Source: an uncultured Syntrophus sp.
Lineage (GTDB): Bacteria > Desulfobacterota > Syntrophia > Syntrophales > UBA5619
Length of the DNA: 49,994 bases
Reading direction: 5' to 3'
Assembly (NCBI GenBank): GCA_964552725.1
Contig: CAZKHU010000005.1
Coordinates: forward strand, 1-49,994
Part shown: positions 9,418-19,358 of the stretch, one piece after another
Layout: each line of letters opens with the position of its first letter
How positions within the stretch are numbered: position 1 is the first letter of the stretch
Notes under the pieces: generated by a model
Seen by the model: only the letters and a program-made list of their open reading frames with translations
The model's database searches: none
Told to the model about the DNA's origin: nothing
Made by a program: the position numbers and the translations under genes

Positions 9418-10410
9418 ATGGACAAGATTCTTGTCTTTGTGGAGGCGAACGGTGAAGACCCGCGGAAGGTTTCCCTGGAGTTGCTGTCGGAGGGCTTGAA
9501 ACTGGCCGAAACCGGACAGTTCAGCGTGGAAGCGGCGTTTCTGGGAAAACTGCCCGAAGCGGTGCGGGAAAAGGTTCTCCATTACACGGAAAAATTGATC
9601 CACGTAACGGATCCGGCTCTGGAAGACTATACGGCAGAGGGCTATGCAATGGCGATGGCAGGCTGCGCGCGGGAAACGGGGGCGAAGCTCATCCTGGGCG
9701 GGGCTACGCAAAGGGGACGAGATTTTCTTCCCCGGGTCGCAGTGCTTCTCCAGACAGGCATCGCCTCGGATGTGACGATGGCCACCTGGGATAAAACACC
9801 CCTGACTTTCATACGGCCCATGTACGGCGGCAGAGTGCTTGCCGAACTGACTTTTTCCACCTGTCCGGCCATAGTTACGGTACGGCCCAACAGCTTCGGG
9901 ATGGGCGCGCCTCGCGCACAAAAGGGCGAGTTTGTAGAAATCAGTGTCGGCATCCCGCCTGAGCTGGTAAAGACTTCCGTCATAAAAACCGAAGAAACCG
10001 CCCGGGGGAAAGTCGATTTGACGGAGGCGGAACTGATTGTAGCCGGCGGACGGGGTTTGAAGGCCGCCGAGAATTTCCGCCTCCTCGAAGAACTGGCGCA
10101 GACTCTCGGCGCCACGGTGGGGGCAACAAGATCCGTCGTAGATGCCAAATGGCGGGATCAGGCAGATCAGATCGGCAAAAGCGGGAAAACCGTCTCCCCG
10201 AAGTTTTATCTGGGCGCCGGCATTTCCGGAGCAATTCATCACATCATGGGAATGGACACCTCCAGGGTCATCCTCGCCGTCAATAATGATCCGAATGCGA
10301 TTATTTTTAAATACGCCAATTACGGCATCGTGGGAGATCTATTTGAGGTATTGCCGGCGATGACTGAGGAACTGAAAAAAAGACTGGGGAAACAGACTGA
10401 TCCCCATTGA
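9418..10410 (+). CDS. etfA: Electron transfer flavoprotein alpha subunit
   Basis: FAD-binding C-terminal blocks are present (IVAGGRG, PKFYLGAGISGAIHHIMGM). 330 aa, with no N-terminal ferredoxin domain. Confidence 0.9.
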   Translation: MDKILVFVEANGEDPRKVSLELLSEGLKLAETGQFSVEAAFLGKLPEAVREKVLHYTEKLIHVTDPALEDYTAEGYAMAMAGCARETGAKLILGGATQRGRDFLPRVAVLLQTGIASDVTMATWDKTPLTFIRPMYGGRVLAELTFSTCPAIVTVRPNSFGMGAPRAQKGEFVEISVGIPPELVKTSVIKTEETARGKVDLTEAELIVAGGRGLKAAENFRLLEELAQTLGATVGATRSVVDAKWRDQADQIGKSGKTVSPKFYLGAGISGAIHHIMGMDTSRVILAVNNDPNAIIFKYANYGIVGDLFEVLPAMTEELKKRLGKQTDPH

Positions 10411-10422
10411 CAGGTAAACTCT

Positions 10423-11724
10423 GTGGATAATCTTATGGACAAGGTAGATGCGATCATCGTAGGCGGCGGACTGGCCGGGTTGACGGCGGCCTACCATCTT
10501 GCCGCCGCCGGCAGGCAGGTTATCCTGCTGGAACGGGGAGACGCCCCGGGCAGTAAAAACGTGACCGGCGGCCGTATCTACGTGAACCCCATTAGGGAAT
10601 ATCTGCCAGAAATCATCGAGGAAGCGCCCTTCGAAAGGCATGTTGTCAAAGAGACGATTACAGTTCTGTCTGACGATGGCTCCGTCCAGATGGAATATGC
10701 CAATGATTGTTGGCGCCGCGAGCCGTACATGAGCCACACCGTGCTGAGGGCGACTTTCGATGGCTGGCTGGCGGAAAAGGCAGGAGACAAAGGCGCCTTT
10801 ATCATTCCGAAAAAGAAGGTCGATGCGCTGTTATGGGAAGACGGGCGCGTGGCAGGCATCAAGTCGGGAGACGAAGAAATCGGCGCCCAAATCGTCATTG
10901 CCGCCGACGGCGCCCTCTCTTTCCTGTCGGAAAAAGCCGGATTGAGAAAAGCCCTGGCGCCGCGCAACTATGCCGTGGCCCTCAAGGAGATTTACCAGCT
11001 CAACGCTTCGACCATTGAAGATCGCTTCGGTCTGCTTCCCGGGGAAGGGGCAGCGAATCTCTTTGTCGGGGCCCTTACCAGGGGCATGTTCGGAGGCGGT
11101 TTTCTCTACACGAATCGTGATACGCTCTCTCTGGGGATAGTCGTTGGCATCGACGACCTCAGCAAACAGAAGAGCCCTGTTGCCGCCTCCCAGCTCATGG
11201 AGGAATTTTCGACCCGTCCGGAGGTGCAGAGATGGATCAGGGGGGGCGAGTTAAAAGAATATGCGGCCCATCTCATTTCTGAAGCGGGAGTGGGAGGCAT
11301 TCCCAAACTTTACACCGACGGCATGCTCGTCGCCGGCGATGCGGCCGGTTTCTCGCTCAATCTCGGACTGACCGTGCGGGGTATGGAGTTTGCCGTTGCG
11401 TCAGGGGCGATCGCGGCCAATGTTGCGGATGAAGCTCTCGCCAAGGGCGATCTGTCAGCCGCTTTCCTGGCCCGCTATGAACAGAAACTCCGGGCGAGCT
11501 TTGTCCTTCCCGACATGGAGACCTTTCGGCATACGAGAAGCGTACTCGAAAATAAAAGGCTCTCCACCGTCTATCCCCAATTCTTTTCCGAACTTCTCGC
11601 GGCGCTTTTCACGATCGGTCCGGGTAAAAAAGCGCCCTTGTACGCAACCGCCAAAGCGGTCGCCAGGAAGTACATCCTCAACTGGGAAGGATGCCGGGAT
11701 TTGTTAAGCATGAGGAAGATTTAG
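10423..11724 (+). CDS. fixC: FixC-like FAD-dependent ETF:quinone oxidoreductase
   Basis: Dinucleotide fold DAIIVGGGLAGLTAAYHLA. 433 aa, followed directly by a FixX-like ferredoxin. An alternative start is the ATG at 10435. Confidence 0.85.
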   Translation: MDNLMDKVDAIIVGGGLAGLTAAYHLAAAGRQVILLERGDAPGSKNVTGGRIYVNPIREYLPEIIEEAPFERHVVKETITVLSDDGSVQMEYANDCWRREPYMSHTVLRATFDGWLAEKAGDKGAFIIPKKKVDALLWEDGRVAGIKSGDEEIGAQIVIAADGALSFLSEKAGLRKALAPRNYAVALKEIYQLNASTIEDRFGLLPGEGAANLFVGALTRGMFGGGFLYTNRDTLSLGIVVGIDDLSKQKSPVAASQLMEEFSTRPEVQRWIRGGELKEYAAHLISEAGVGGIPKLYTDGMLVAGDAAGFSLNLGLTVRGMEFAVASGAIAANVADEALAKGDLSAAFLARYEQKLRASFVLPDMETFRHTRSVLENKRLSTVYPQFFSELLAALFTIGPGKKAPLYATAKAVARKYILNWEGCRDLLSMRKI

Positions 11725-11726
11725 CC

Positions 11727-11999
11727 ATGAAAGTGGAAGAAAAGATAGCCCTCAATGCGATGAAAAACGATCGCAAGAGCCACATACAGCTCGACCAGAA
11801 AATCTGTGCAGTCTGCCCGGAGCGAATGTGCATCGCCGTCTGCCCCGGACACCTTTATTCTTTGGAGGAAACGGGCGAAATGGCGGTCGAATACGCAGGC
11901 TGCCTGGAATGCGGAAGCTGCAAGATTGCTTGCATCCATAATTCGATTGACTGGGACTACCCTGCAGACGGATGCGGCGTTCAATACAGATATGGTTAA
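11727..11999 (+). CDS. fixX: FixX-like ferredoxin-like protein
   Basis: About 90 aa with Cys clusters CAVCPERMCIAVCP and CLECGSCKIAC. The ATG lies 2 nt after the fixC stop. Confidence 0.8.
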   Translation: MKVEEKIALNAMKNDRKSHIQLDQKICAVCPERMCIAVCPGHLYSLEETGEMAVEYAGCLECGSCKIACIHNSIDWDYPADGCGVQYRYG

Positions 12000-12012
12000 G
12001 GAGGCGACATTG

Positions 12013-12411
12013 ATGGCAAAGACTATCAGGATATTAATGGCAAAACCGGGTCTCGATGGGCATGACCGCGGGGCAAAAGTCGTGGCCCACGCGCTGATGG
12101 AGGCGGGAATGGAGGTCATCTATACGGGCCTTCATCAGACGGTGGAGCAGATCGTTGCGGTTGCCCTTCAGGAAGATGTGGATGTAATCGGGCTTTCCAT
12201 TATGAGCGGCGCCCACATCCCCATTACAGAGAAACTCGTGCGGAAGGCCGGCGAGGCCGGGATCGGCGACAAGACAATCGTCGTGGGGGGAGTGATCCCC
12301 GGCCGCGACATTCCGAGGCTCATGGAACTGGGGGTGCGGGGCGTATTCCCGGGGGGAACGCCGTTTGCGGAGATTGTCCGGGTGATAAAAGAAAATGTGA
12401 GACGCGATTAG
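12013..12411 (+). CDS. B12-binding small subunit of an acyl-CoA mutase
   Basis: MAKTIRILMAKPGLDGHDRGAKVV contains the DxHxxG base-off/His-on motif. RBS AAGGAGG. The ORF-track start at 11806 overlaps fixX and is spurious. Confidence 0.85.
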   Translation: MAKTIRILMAKPGLDGHDRGAKVVAHALMEAGMEVIYTGLHQTVEQIVAVALQEDVDVIGLSIMSGAHIPITEKLVRKAGEAGIGDKTIVVGGVIPGRDIPRLMELGVRGVFPGGTPFAEIVRVIKENVRRD

Positions 12412-12419
12412 GAGGCAAA

Positions 12420-14048
12420 ATGGGCGTAGCAAAATATACCAAGGATGCCAAAGGCCAGATCACTGATGTGACCCTGCAATCGGGCATCCATGTCAAGTCG
12501 TTCTATGGTCCCGAAGATCTAGAACGCATCGGGTTTTCGTACGAAAAGGACCTGGCTGACCCCGGCGCTTACCCCTTTACAAGGGCCATTCATCGCGAAG
12601 GCTATCGCAGCCGGGCCTGGACGACCCGGCAATACACCGGTTTCGGGACATCCCATGAAACGAATGAACGTTTCAAACTGATGATCGCCCACGGCCAGAC
12701 CGGCCTCAACGTGGCCTTCGACCTTCCCACCCAGATGGGATACGATTCCGACGACCCCAAGGCGGAGGGAGAAGTGGGACGCGTCGGGATGGCTGTCGAT
12801 TCCCTCCGGGATTTTGAGGCAGCCTTCCGGGACATCGATTTGGCCAAAATCGGCTCCGGTCTTACCATCAATGCCGTCGCCTCGATCATGCTGGCCATGT
12901 ACCAGGCCGTGGCCGAAAAATACGGCTATGATGCCCGGGTAATTTCCGCGACGCCTCAGAACGATATTTTAAAGGAAATGATCGGGCGGGGGGCATGGAT
13001 CTTCCCGGTGGAACCGGCGGTAAAGCTGATCGGCGATACCATCGAATATTCAATGACAACCATGCCGCGAACCAATCCGGTTTCCATCTGCGGGTACCAC
13101 ATCCGGGAATCCGGGGCCACTCCCGCCCAGGAGATCGCCTATGCCATCCTGATCGCCAATGCCTACATCGACAATGTCTTGCCGCGCGGCTATGATATCG
13201 ACGAATTCGTGGGCAGATTTTCCTTCAATTTCAACGTATTCGGCAATATCTGGGAACAGGTGGCCAAGTTTCGGGCCGCCCGGAAACTATGGGCGAAAAA
13301 CCTGAAAGAGAAATACGGGGTGAAGAAGGAATCGAACATGTTCATGCGGGGACTTTTCGGCGGCGGAGGTTATGGCCTCACTAAGGCGCAACCGGAAAAC
13401 AACATCATGCGCGGCGCCTACTACGCCCTCTCCGCAGCCCTGGCCGGGGCTCAGACCATTGCCCTTTGCAGCTACGACGAGGCCTATACGATCCCGACCC
13501 CCCACTCCGCCGTTATCTCCCTCAGAACCTTGCAGCTTCTAATGGACGAGGTAGGTTTGCGGGATACGGTTGACCCGCTGGCGGGGAGCTACTTTATAGA
13601 GACGCTGACGAAAGAGATGGAGGAGAAGATCGAAGAGGAGATGGAAGAGATCAGGAAGGTGGGCGGGATCATCCCGGCAGTGGCCACCGGGTACATCCAG
13701 AAGCTCGTCTCCCGGCAGGCCTACGCCTTCGAAAAGGGAATCCAGTCCGGGGAACTTCTCAAGGTGGGCGTCAATATCCATACCGAGGGAGAATCTAAGG
13801 ACGTCGAACTTCACGAATATACGGGGGAAACAGCGGAACGGCAGATTGAGGAATTAAAGCGGGTCCGCCGGGAAAGAAACCAGCGGGAGACTACCCGCAC
13901 CCTTCAGGATTTTGAGCAGGCAACCAGGGCAGGCAAGAACGTCATGCCCTATCTGGTCGAATGCTGCAAAGCCTACGCGACGGTCGGTGAAATGACCAAT
14001 GTGTTCAGGGAAGTGTTTGGAGAGTTCAAGGAACCTGGTTTATTCTGA
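12420..14048 (+). CDS. Acyl-CoA mutase large (substrate-binding TIM-barrel) subunit, methylmalonyl-CoA-mutase family
   Basis: Blocks TTRQYTGFGT, GLNVAFDLPTQMGYDSD, QNDILKE and CGYHIRESGAT align with MCM as I recall it. 542 aa. Confidence 0.9.
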   Translation: MGVAKYTKDAKGQITDVTLQSGIHVKSFYGPEDLERIGFSYEKDLADPGAYPFTRAIHREGYRSRAWTTRQYTGFGTSHETNERFKLMIAHGQTGLNVAFDLPTQMGYDSDDPKAEGEVGRVGMAVDSLRDFEAAFRDIDLAKIGSGLTINAVASIMLAMYQAVAEKYGYDARVISATPQNDILKEMIGRGAWIFPVEPAVKLIGDTIEYSMTTMPRTNPVSICGYHIRESGATPAQEIAYAILIANAYIDNVLPRGYDIDEFVGRFSFNFNVFGNIWEQVAKFRAARKLWAKNLKEKYGVKKESNMFMRGLFGGGGYGLTKAQPENNIMRGAYYALSAALAGAQTIALCSYDEAYTIPTPHSAVISLRTLQLLMDEVGLRDTVDPLAGSYFIETLTKEMEEKIEEEMEEIRKVGGIIPAVATGYIQKLVSRQAYAFEKGIQSGELLKVGVNIHTEGESKDVELHEYTGETAERQIEELKRVRRERNQRETTRTLQDFEQATRAGKNVMPYLVECCKAYATVGEMTNVFREVFGEFKEPGLF

Positions 14049-14078
14049 AAAGCAGTTTTTATGACGGGGGAGGAATAA

Positions 14079-16175
14079 ATGAAAGAGAAGCATTACCGGC
14101 TGGGCTGCGACATAGGCGGTACGTTTACCGACTTTGTCCTGCTGAACGATCAAACCGGAGAAATCAGAACCGGCAAGTGCCTGACCACCCCCGGCGATCC
14201 CTCGGATGCCGTTGAAGAGGGAATAAGGGAACTGGAAAAAACCGCGCCGGACTTTGTCGCCCGGCTGGATGAGCTGATTCATGGCACAACCCTCGTCATC
14301 AACTCCATCATCGAAAGAAAAGGCGCCCGAACCGGCTTAATCACAACCCGGGGATTCCGCGACATCCTGGAGATCGGCAGGGAAATGCGCTACGCCCCCT
14401 ATGACGTGTTTGCCGAATTTCCCCTGCCGCTGATTCCCCGCAGATACCGGCTTGAGGTCAACGAACGGATCCGCAGCGACGGCAGCATCCTGACAGCGCT
14501 GGATCAGGAAGAAGCGAGACAGACAGTCCGCACCCTCGTCAAAATGGGGGTGGAATCCATTGCCGTCTGTCTCATCAATTCCTTTGAAAATCCTGCCCAT
14601 GAACTGATGCTCGAAGAAATCATCGCCGCTGAAGCCCCCGGAATGTCGGTCTCGATTTCCTACCGGGTTCTGCCACAGATCAAGGAATACGAGCGAACCT
14701 CTACCACCGTTACCAATGCCTACGTCAAACCCCTTACCGGCCGCTATCTATCCAAACTGTCAGGCCGCCTGCAATCGATCGGCTTTCAGGGCAAGCTTTT
14801 CATCATGCTTTCGAGCGGCGGGGTGACCTCCGTCGATACGGCAGCGGAGTTTCCCGTCCGCATCATCGAGTCGGGACCGACTGCGGCCGTCATTGCGGGT
14901 CAATACTATGGCAAACACTTCAATGTCTCGGAGATGTTCTGTTTCGACATGGGAGGCACAACAGCCAAGTCCTGCCTCATCCAGAAAGGGGTTGCCGGCG
15001 TCGTGCCAACCTTCGAGGTTGGACGCGTCCAGAGATTCATGAAAGGCAGCGGCTTGACCATCCAGGTGCCCGTAGTCGATCTGATGGAGATCGGAGCGGG
15101 AGGCGGCAGCATTGCAAAGGTAAGCAAGATGGGCACGTTGCAGGTGGGGCCGGAAAGCTCCGGTGCCGCGCCCGGCCCGATCTGCTACGGAAGGGGCGGC
15201 ACTGATCCCTGCGTGACCGATGCCGATCTGCTTTTGGGCTATCTGGACGAGAAATATTTCCTGGGCGGCGGGATGAAACTGGATAAGGAAGCCGCCCGGC
15301 GCGGCGTGGAAGAAAAGATCGCCCGCCCTCTTGGAGTTTCCTTTATCAAGGCTGTCTGGGGGATCCATGATCTAATCAACGAAACCATGACCGGGGCGGC
15401 CAAGACCCATATTGCGGAAAAAGGCGGCAATCCGGCAATTGTAACAATATCAGCCTTTGGCGGGGCGGGGCCTGTGCACGCCTATGGCCTGGCGAAGAAA
15501 CTGGGCGCCCCCCGGATGCTGATTCCGCCGAATGCCGGGGTCGGTTCGGCAATGGGCTTTTTCACGGCCCCCCGGGCCTTTGATTTGCTCCGCAGTCACA
15601 AGGTTTCCCTTTCCGACGTCGCCTTCCCCGAGATAGAAGGAATCTTTCAGGGACTCGAGAAGGAGGCGGAAAAAATCCTCAGGAAGGAAGCTGCGGACGA
15701 TACTGTCTCCTATCAGCGCTCTCTCGACATGCGCTTTGTCGGACAGGGAGCGGAAATCAACGTCGTTTTGCCTGCCGGAGAATTTACCGGATTCCAGCGG
15801 CTGGATGTCCGGAGACTCTTCGACGACACATATGAGAAGCTCTACGGCCGCACCTACCCGGAATCAGAGGTGGAGTTCATCAATTTCAAGGTGCGGGCGA
15901 GTCTCCCGGAACGGCTCCTGCAGCTTCCCCGGCTCGCAATGAAGAAGGGGCAGTCGTTGAACGCTGCAATCAAGGGAAAACGTCCGGCATATTCGCCGCT
16001 GGCAAATGATTTTGTTTCCTATACGGTTTACGATCGTTACCGGCTCTTTCCGGGCGCTAAATTTCAGGGTCCGGCCATTATCGAAGAGAAGGAATCGACG
16101 CTGATTGTGGGCGAGGATGCCCACGTGGCAACGGATGAGTTTGGATTTCTGTGGATCGATCTTAAGGAGGTATGA
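14079..16175 (+). CDS. hyuA: Hydantoinase/oxoprolinase family protein, A (beta-like) subunit
   Basis: N-terminus YRLGCDIGGTFTDFVL with repeated actin-like ATPase folds. 698 aa. Confidence 0.85.
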   Translation: MKEKHYRLGCDIGGTFTDFVLLNDQTGEIRTGKCLTTPGDPSDAVEEGIRELEKTAPDFVARLDELIHGTTLVINSIIERKGARTGLITTRGFRDILEIGREMRYAPYDVFAEFPLPLIPRRYRLEVNERIRSDGSILTALDQEEARQTVRTLVKMGVESIAVCLINSFENPAHELMLEEIIAAEAPGMSVSISYRVLPQIKEYERTSTTVTNAYVKPLTGRYLSKLSGRLQSIGFQGKLFIMLSSGGVTSVDTAAEFPVRIIESGPTAAVIAGQYYGKHFNVSEMFCFDMGGTTAKSCLIQKGVAGVVPTFEVGRVQRFMKGSGLTIQVPVVDLMEIGAGGGSIAKVSKMGTLQVGPESSGAAPGPICYGRGGTDPCVTDADLLLGYLDEKYFLGGGMKLDKEAARRGVEEKIARPLGVSFIKAVWGIHDLINETMTGAAKTHIAEKGGNPAIVTISAFGGAGPVHAYGLAKKLGAPRMLIPPNAGVGSAMGFFTAPRAFDLLRSHKVSLSDVAFPEIEGIFQGLEKEAEKILRKEAADDTVSYQRSLDMRFVGQGAEINVVLPAGEFTGFQRLDVRRLFDDTYEKLYGRTYPESEVEFINFKVRASLPERLLQLPRLAMKKGQSLNAAIKGKRPAYSPLANDFVSYTVYDRYRLFPGAKFQGPAIIEEKESTLIVGEDAHVATDEFGFLWIDLKEV

Positions 16176-17896
16176 AAATGGGGCAGACTTTCGATCCCAT
16201 TACGCTGGAAATATTGTGGCGCAGACTGATTTCAATAGTGGATGAGGCCGACGGCAGCGTCGCCCGGACGGCATTTTCCAGCCTGCTGCGGGATGCCCAT
16301 GATTACACCTGCATGTTCACCGACCGCAAGGGCCGGGAGCTGGCCCAGGGCAGTTTTGCCACGCCCGGTCAATCGGGCGCCATGGCCCTGGGGGTAAAGA
16401 ATCTTGTCAACCGGTTTCCGGCAGACTCTTACCATCCCGGAGACGCCTTCATCACGAATGATCCCTGGGCGCTGGCGGGTCATCTGAACGACGTCTGCGT
16501 AATGAGTCCCATCTTCTATCAGGGGACATTGACCGCCTTTACCGCCTGCGTTTTTCATCATTCCGACATTGGCGGACGGGTATCCTCGGACAACCAGGAT
16601 GTCTTTGAAGAGGGACTTTTTATCCCGGTTGTAAAGCTCTACGACCAGGGAAAGCTGAACGAATCGGTCATGGAGATGATCCGCTGGAATGTAAGGACGC
16701 CTGATGAGGTGATCGGGGATATCCGGTCGCAGATTGCGGCAAATCACGTCTGCACGGACAAGATTTGCCAGATGCTCAAAGAAAGCGGCCTCTCCGGTCT
16801 GGATGATCTCGCGGACCAGATAATCAGCATCACGGAAAAAAGCATGCGCCGGGAGATCGAAAAAATCCCCGACGGCATCTACCGGGCCAAGGGCATTGTC
16901 GAGCAGATGAAGGCCATGGAGGACATCCTCATCGAGGCGAAGATCGAGGTCAAGGGAAGTGATATCAACGTCGATCTTGCCGGTTCGTCGGGGCAGGTAA
17001 ACTGGGGCGGCAACGTAGTTTACAATTTTACCTATGCCTATGTATTCATGGCCATCAAGAGCATGTTTGCCCCCGATATACCCAATAACGAAGGCTGCGC
17101 CAGACCAATTCGTCTCAGCGCTCCGGAGGGCAGCGTCGTCAATTGCAGATTTCCGGCGGCCGTGGCCGCCCGCCTCGTGGTCGGCCATTTCATAACGGAA
17201 GTCATTTACCGGGGGCTGGCCGGCGTCCTTCCCGGCAGCGTTATCGCCGGCTCAGGCGGCACGCCGGCTGCCATGAACGTCTTTTACGGAAAAAGACAGG
17301 ACGGAAGGCCCTGGCATTCCGTGATCATCCGGGGAGGAGGCATGGGAGCAGGCGCCGCCAACGACGGCAATTACGTCTACATTTTCCCCGCCAACGGCGC
17401 CAATACTCCCGTCGAGATATTCGAAAGCGATACGCCGCTGATTGTCGAGAAAAGAGAGTTGCTCGCCGATTCCGGCGGCCCAGGCAAGATGAAGGGCGGT
17501 CTCGGCAAGAGGGAACTTTTCCGGGTGCCCGACGACGCGTATGCCCCCCTGCCGCCGGTCAACCTGGGAATCCAGGCGGGCCGCTTTGTCTACGCGGCGG
17601 AAGGTCTTTTTGACGGCAAACCCGGGGCCAGGGCACAGTTCCTCGTCAACGGAGAATCCGGCAATGCCTATGGATTGACCCGTTTGATGCCGGGCGATGT
17701 TGTGACCATCGATGCTCCCGGAGGAGGCGGTTACGGCAGCCCGCTTGCCCGCGATCCCGAGATGGTGCTGAAAGACGTAATCGAAGGCTACGTCAGCATA
17801 GGAAGCGCCAACGCCGACTATGGCGTTGTGATCGATCCGAAGACGCTGGCGATTGACTGGACGGAAACCGAGCGGGCGCGGGGCCGGAAAAGGTGA
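16172..17896 (+). CDS. hyuB: Hydantoinase/oxoprolinase family protein, B (alpha-like) subunit
   Basis: DPITLEILWRRLISIVDEA is the typical HyuB start. ATGA overlap with hyuA. 574 aa. Confidence 0.85.
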   Translation: MKMGQTFDPITLEILWRRLISIVDEADGSVARTAFSSLLRDAHDYTCMFTDRKGRELAQGSFATPGQSGAMALGVKNLVNRFPADSYHPGDAFITNDPWALAGHLNDVCVMSPIFYQGTLTAFTACVFHHSDIGGRVSSDNQDVFEEGLFIPVVKLYDQGKLNESVMEMIRWNVRTPDEVIGDIRSQIAANHVCTDKICQMLKESGLSGLDDLADQIISITEKSMRREIEKIPDGIYRAKGIVEQMKAMEDILIEAKIEVKGSDINVDLAGSSGQVNWGGNVVYNFTYAYVFMAIKSMFAPDIPNNEGCARPIRLSAPEGSVVNCRFPAAVAARLVVGHFITEVIYRGLAGVLPGSVIAGSGGTPAAMNVFYGKRQDGRPWHSVIIRGGGMGAGAANDGNYVYIFPANGANTPVEIFESDTPLIVEKRELLADSGGPGKMKGGLGKRELFRVPDDAYAPLPPVNLGIQAGRFVYAAEGLFDGKPGARAQFLVNGESGNAYGLTRLMPGDVVTIDAPGGGGYGSPLARDPEMVLKDVIEGYVSIGSANADYGVVIDPKTLAIDWTETERARGRKR

Positions 17897-18906
17897 AGAC
17901 AAGAATCTGGCTGCCGCTGGCGTTCAGCCCGGTCTTCGCACTGCTCTATTTTTATCTCGAGGACGGGGTCAACTGGCTTGTCTATTCCCTGCTGGGGTTG
18001 GACCGGACCGCCCATTTGACCGAAGCGCTCCGGTTTTTCATCTTCGAGGTCCCCAAGGTGCTGATGCTCCTGACGGCCATCGTCTTTGTCGTGGGGATCA
18101 TCCGTTCCTATTTTTCACCCGAAAAGACGCGGAAGACGCTGGAGGGCAAGCCGCTCTTCCTGGGCAACATCATGGCGAGCACGCTCGGCATCGTAACGCC
18201 CTTTTGCTCCTGCTCGGCGATCCCGCTCTTCATCGGCTTCGTGGAAAGCGGCATTCCCCTGGGCGTCACCTTTTCCTTTCTGATCGCCGCGCCGATGATC
18301 AACGAGGTGGCCCTGGTGCTGCTCTTCGGCCTCTTCGGTTGGCAGACGGCGCTTCTGTACGTCTCGACGGGACTTTTGATCGCCATCTCCGCGGGCTGGG
18401 TGATCGGCCGTCTCAAGGTGGAACGATTCGTCGAGCCCTGGGTCTACGAGCTCAAGGCCGCGGAACTGGCCATTGAAGAGCGAAAAATGCCTTTTTCCGA
18501 ACGGATTCAGGCCGGCTACACGGCGGTGGTCGAGATCGTCTCGAAGGTCTGGATCTATATCGCAATCGGCATTGCGGTTGGGGCGGGCGTCCACGGCTAC
18601 GTGCCGGAGAATTTCATGGCCTCCCTGATGGGGAAATCCGCCTGGTGGTCCGTGCCCCTGGCCGTCGTGATCGGCGTGCCGCTCTATTCCAATGCGGCCG
18701 GGATCATCCCGATCATCCAGGCCCTCCTGGAGAAGGGGGCCTCGCTCGGCACGTCGCTGGCCTTTATGATGTCCGTCATCGGCCTCTCCCTGCCGGAAAT
18801 GATCATCCTGAAGAAGGTGATCAAGCTCCCCCTGATCCTGATCTTTGCCGGGGTGGTCGCCTGCGGGATTATGATCGTCGGGTACCTGTTCAACGTGGTC
18901 TATTGA
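17893..18906 (+). CDS. Permease of the DUF318/ArsP-like family
   Basis: Polytopic protein with an FCSCSAIPLF motif. Its GTG start overlaps the hyuB stop. Confidence 0.7.
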   Translation: MKTRIWLPLAFSPVFALLYFYLEDGVNWLVYSLLGLDRTAHLTEALRFFIFEVPKVLMLLTAIVFVVGIIRSYFSPEKTRKTLEGKPLFLGNIMASTLGIVTPFCSCSAIPLFIGFVESGIPLGVTFSFLIAAPMINEVALVLLFGLFGWQTALLYVSTGLLIAISAGWVIGRLKVERFVEPWVYELKAAELAIEERKMPFSERIQAGYTAVVEIVSKVWIYIAIGIAVGAGVHGYVPENFMASLMGKSAWWSVPLAVVIGVPLYSNAAGIIPIIQALLEKGASLGTSLAFMMSVIGLSLPEMIILKKVIKLPLILIFAGVVACGIMIVGYLFNVVY

Positions 18907-19083
18907 GCGGATCTACCTGGAGAGCGGACCGGATAATCGAGGGAATGCCTGCCATCCAGTACGGGCGTATTCGTCTTCCTTTGCTGAATCCACTTTTCGC
19001 TTCGTCCGTGCTGCTGCCGTAGCTCTCGTGCCCGGTCCACGGAGCGGCGTAATTATTTTTGACCGATTCAAAGCGACTTCTCC

Positions 19084-19358
19084 TTAAATCTTTTCCTCGC
19101 TACCTCGCCGATTTCCCTCTTGCTCTGCCTCAGCAATTTTATTTCGTACTCGGTCAGCATTCTCGGTTTTGAGAAGGTATCGAGCCTCTGATTGAGTAAG
19201 GCAGTCGAAGGTGTGAGCGAACTTTTCCTTCCACCAATCTTCAAGTTCTTTTCCATGTTTATCCCTCATTTCTTGCAATAGATTACGGTCAGGCGCGATC
19301 TTGGCAGAATACGGTTTTCCAGTCAGTGCGGTGGCTCCGATGACAACCCCACCCTTAG
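19084..19358 (-). pseudogene. 3' remnant of an unknown gene truncated by the IS insertion
   Basis: The minus-strand frame is open from inside the IS terminal repeat through ...GGVVIGATALTGKPYSAKIAPDRNLLQEMRDKHGKELEDWWKEKF... to the stop at 19084. No credible start codon lies outside the IS. Confidence 0.25.

Noticed and set aside
9130-10242. 370 aa minus-strand ORF across etfA, and similar long antisense ORFs at 6522-7190, 7896-8393 and 16232-17188
   Set aside because: They lie antisense to genes with clear family signatures. They are Arg/Gly/Pro-rich low-complexity translations typical of shadow ORFs in GC-rich coding DNA. No RBS or recognisable motif is present.
19068-19256. 62 aa ORF overlapping the 19084-19278 ORF in another frame
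   Set aside because: It has no RBS and no motif. It competes with a frame that continues upstream as a longer remnant, and I cannot support it as a gene.
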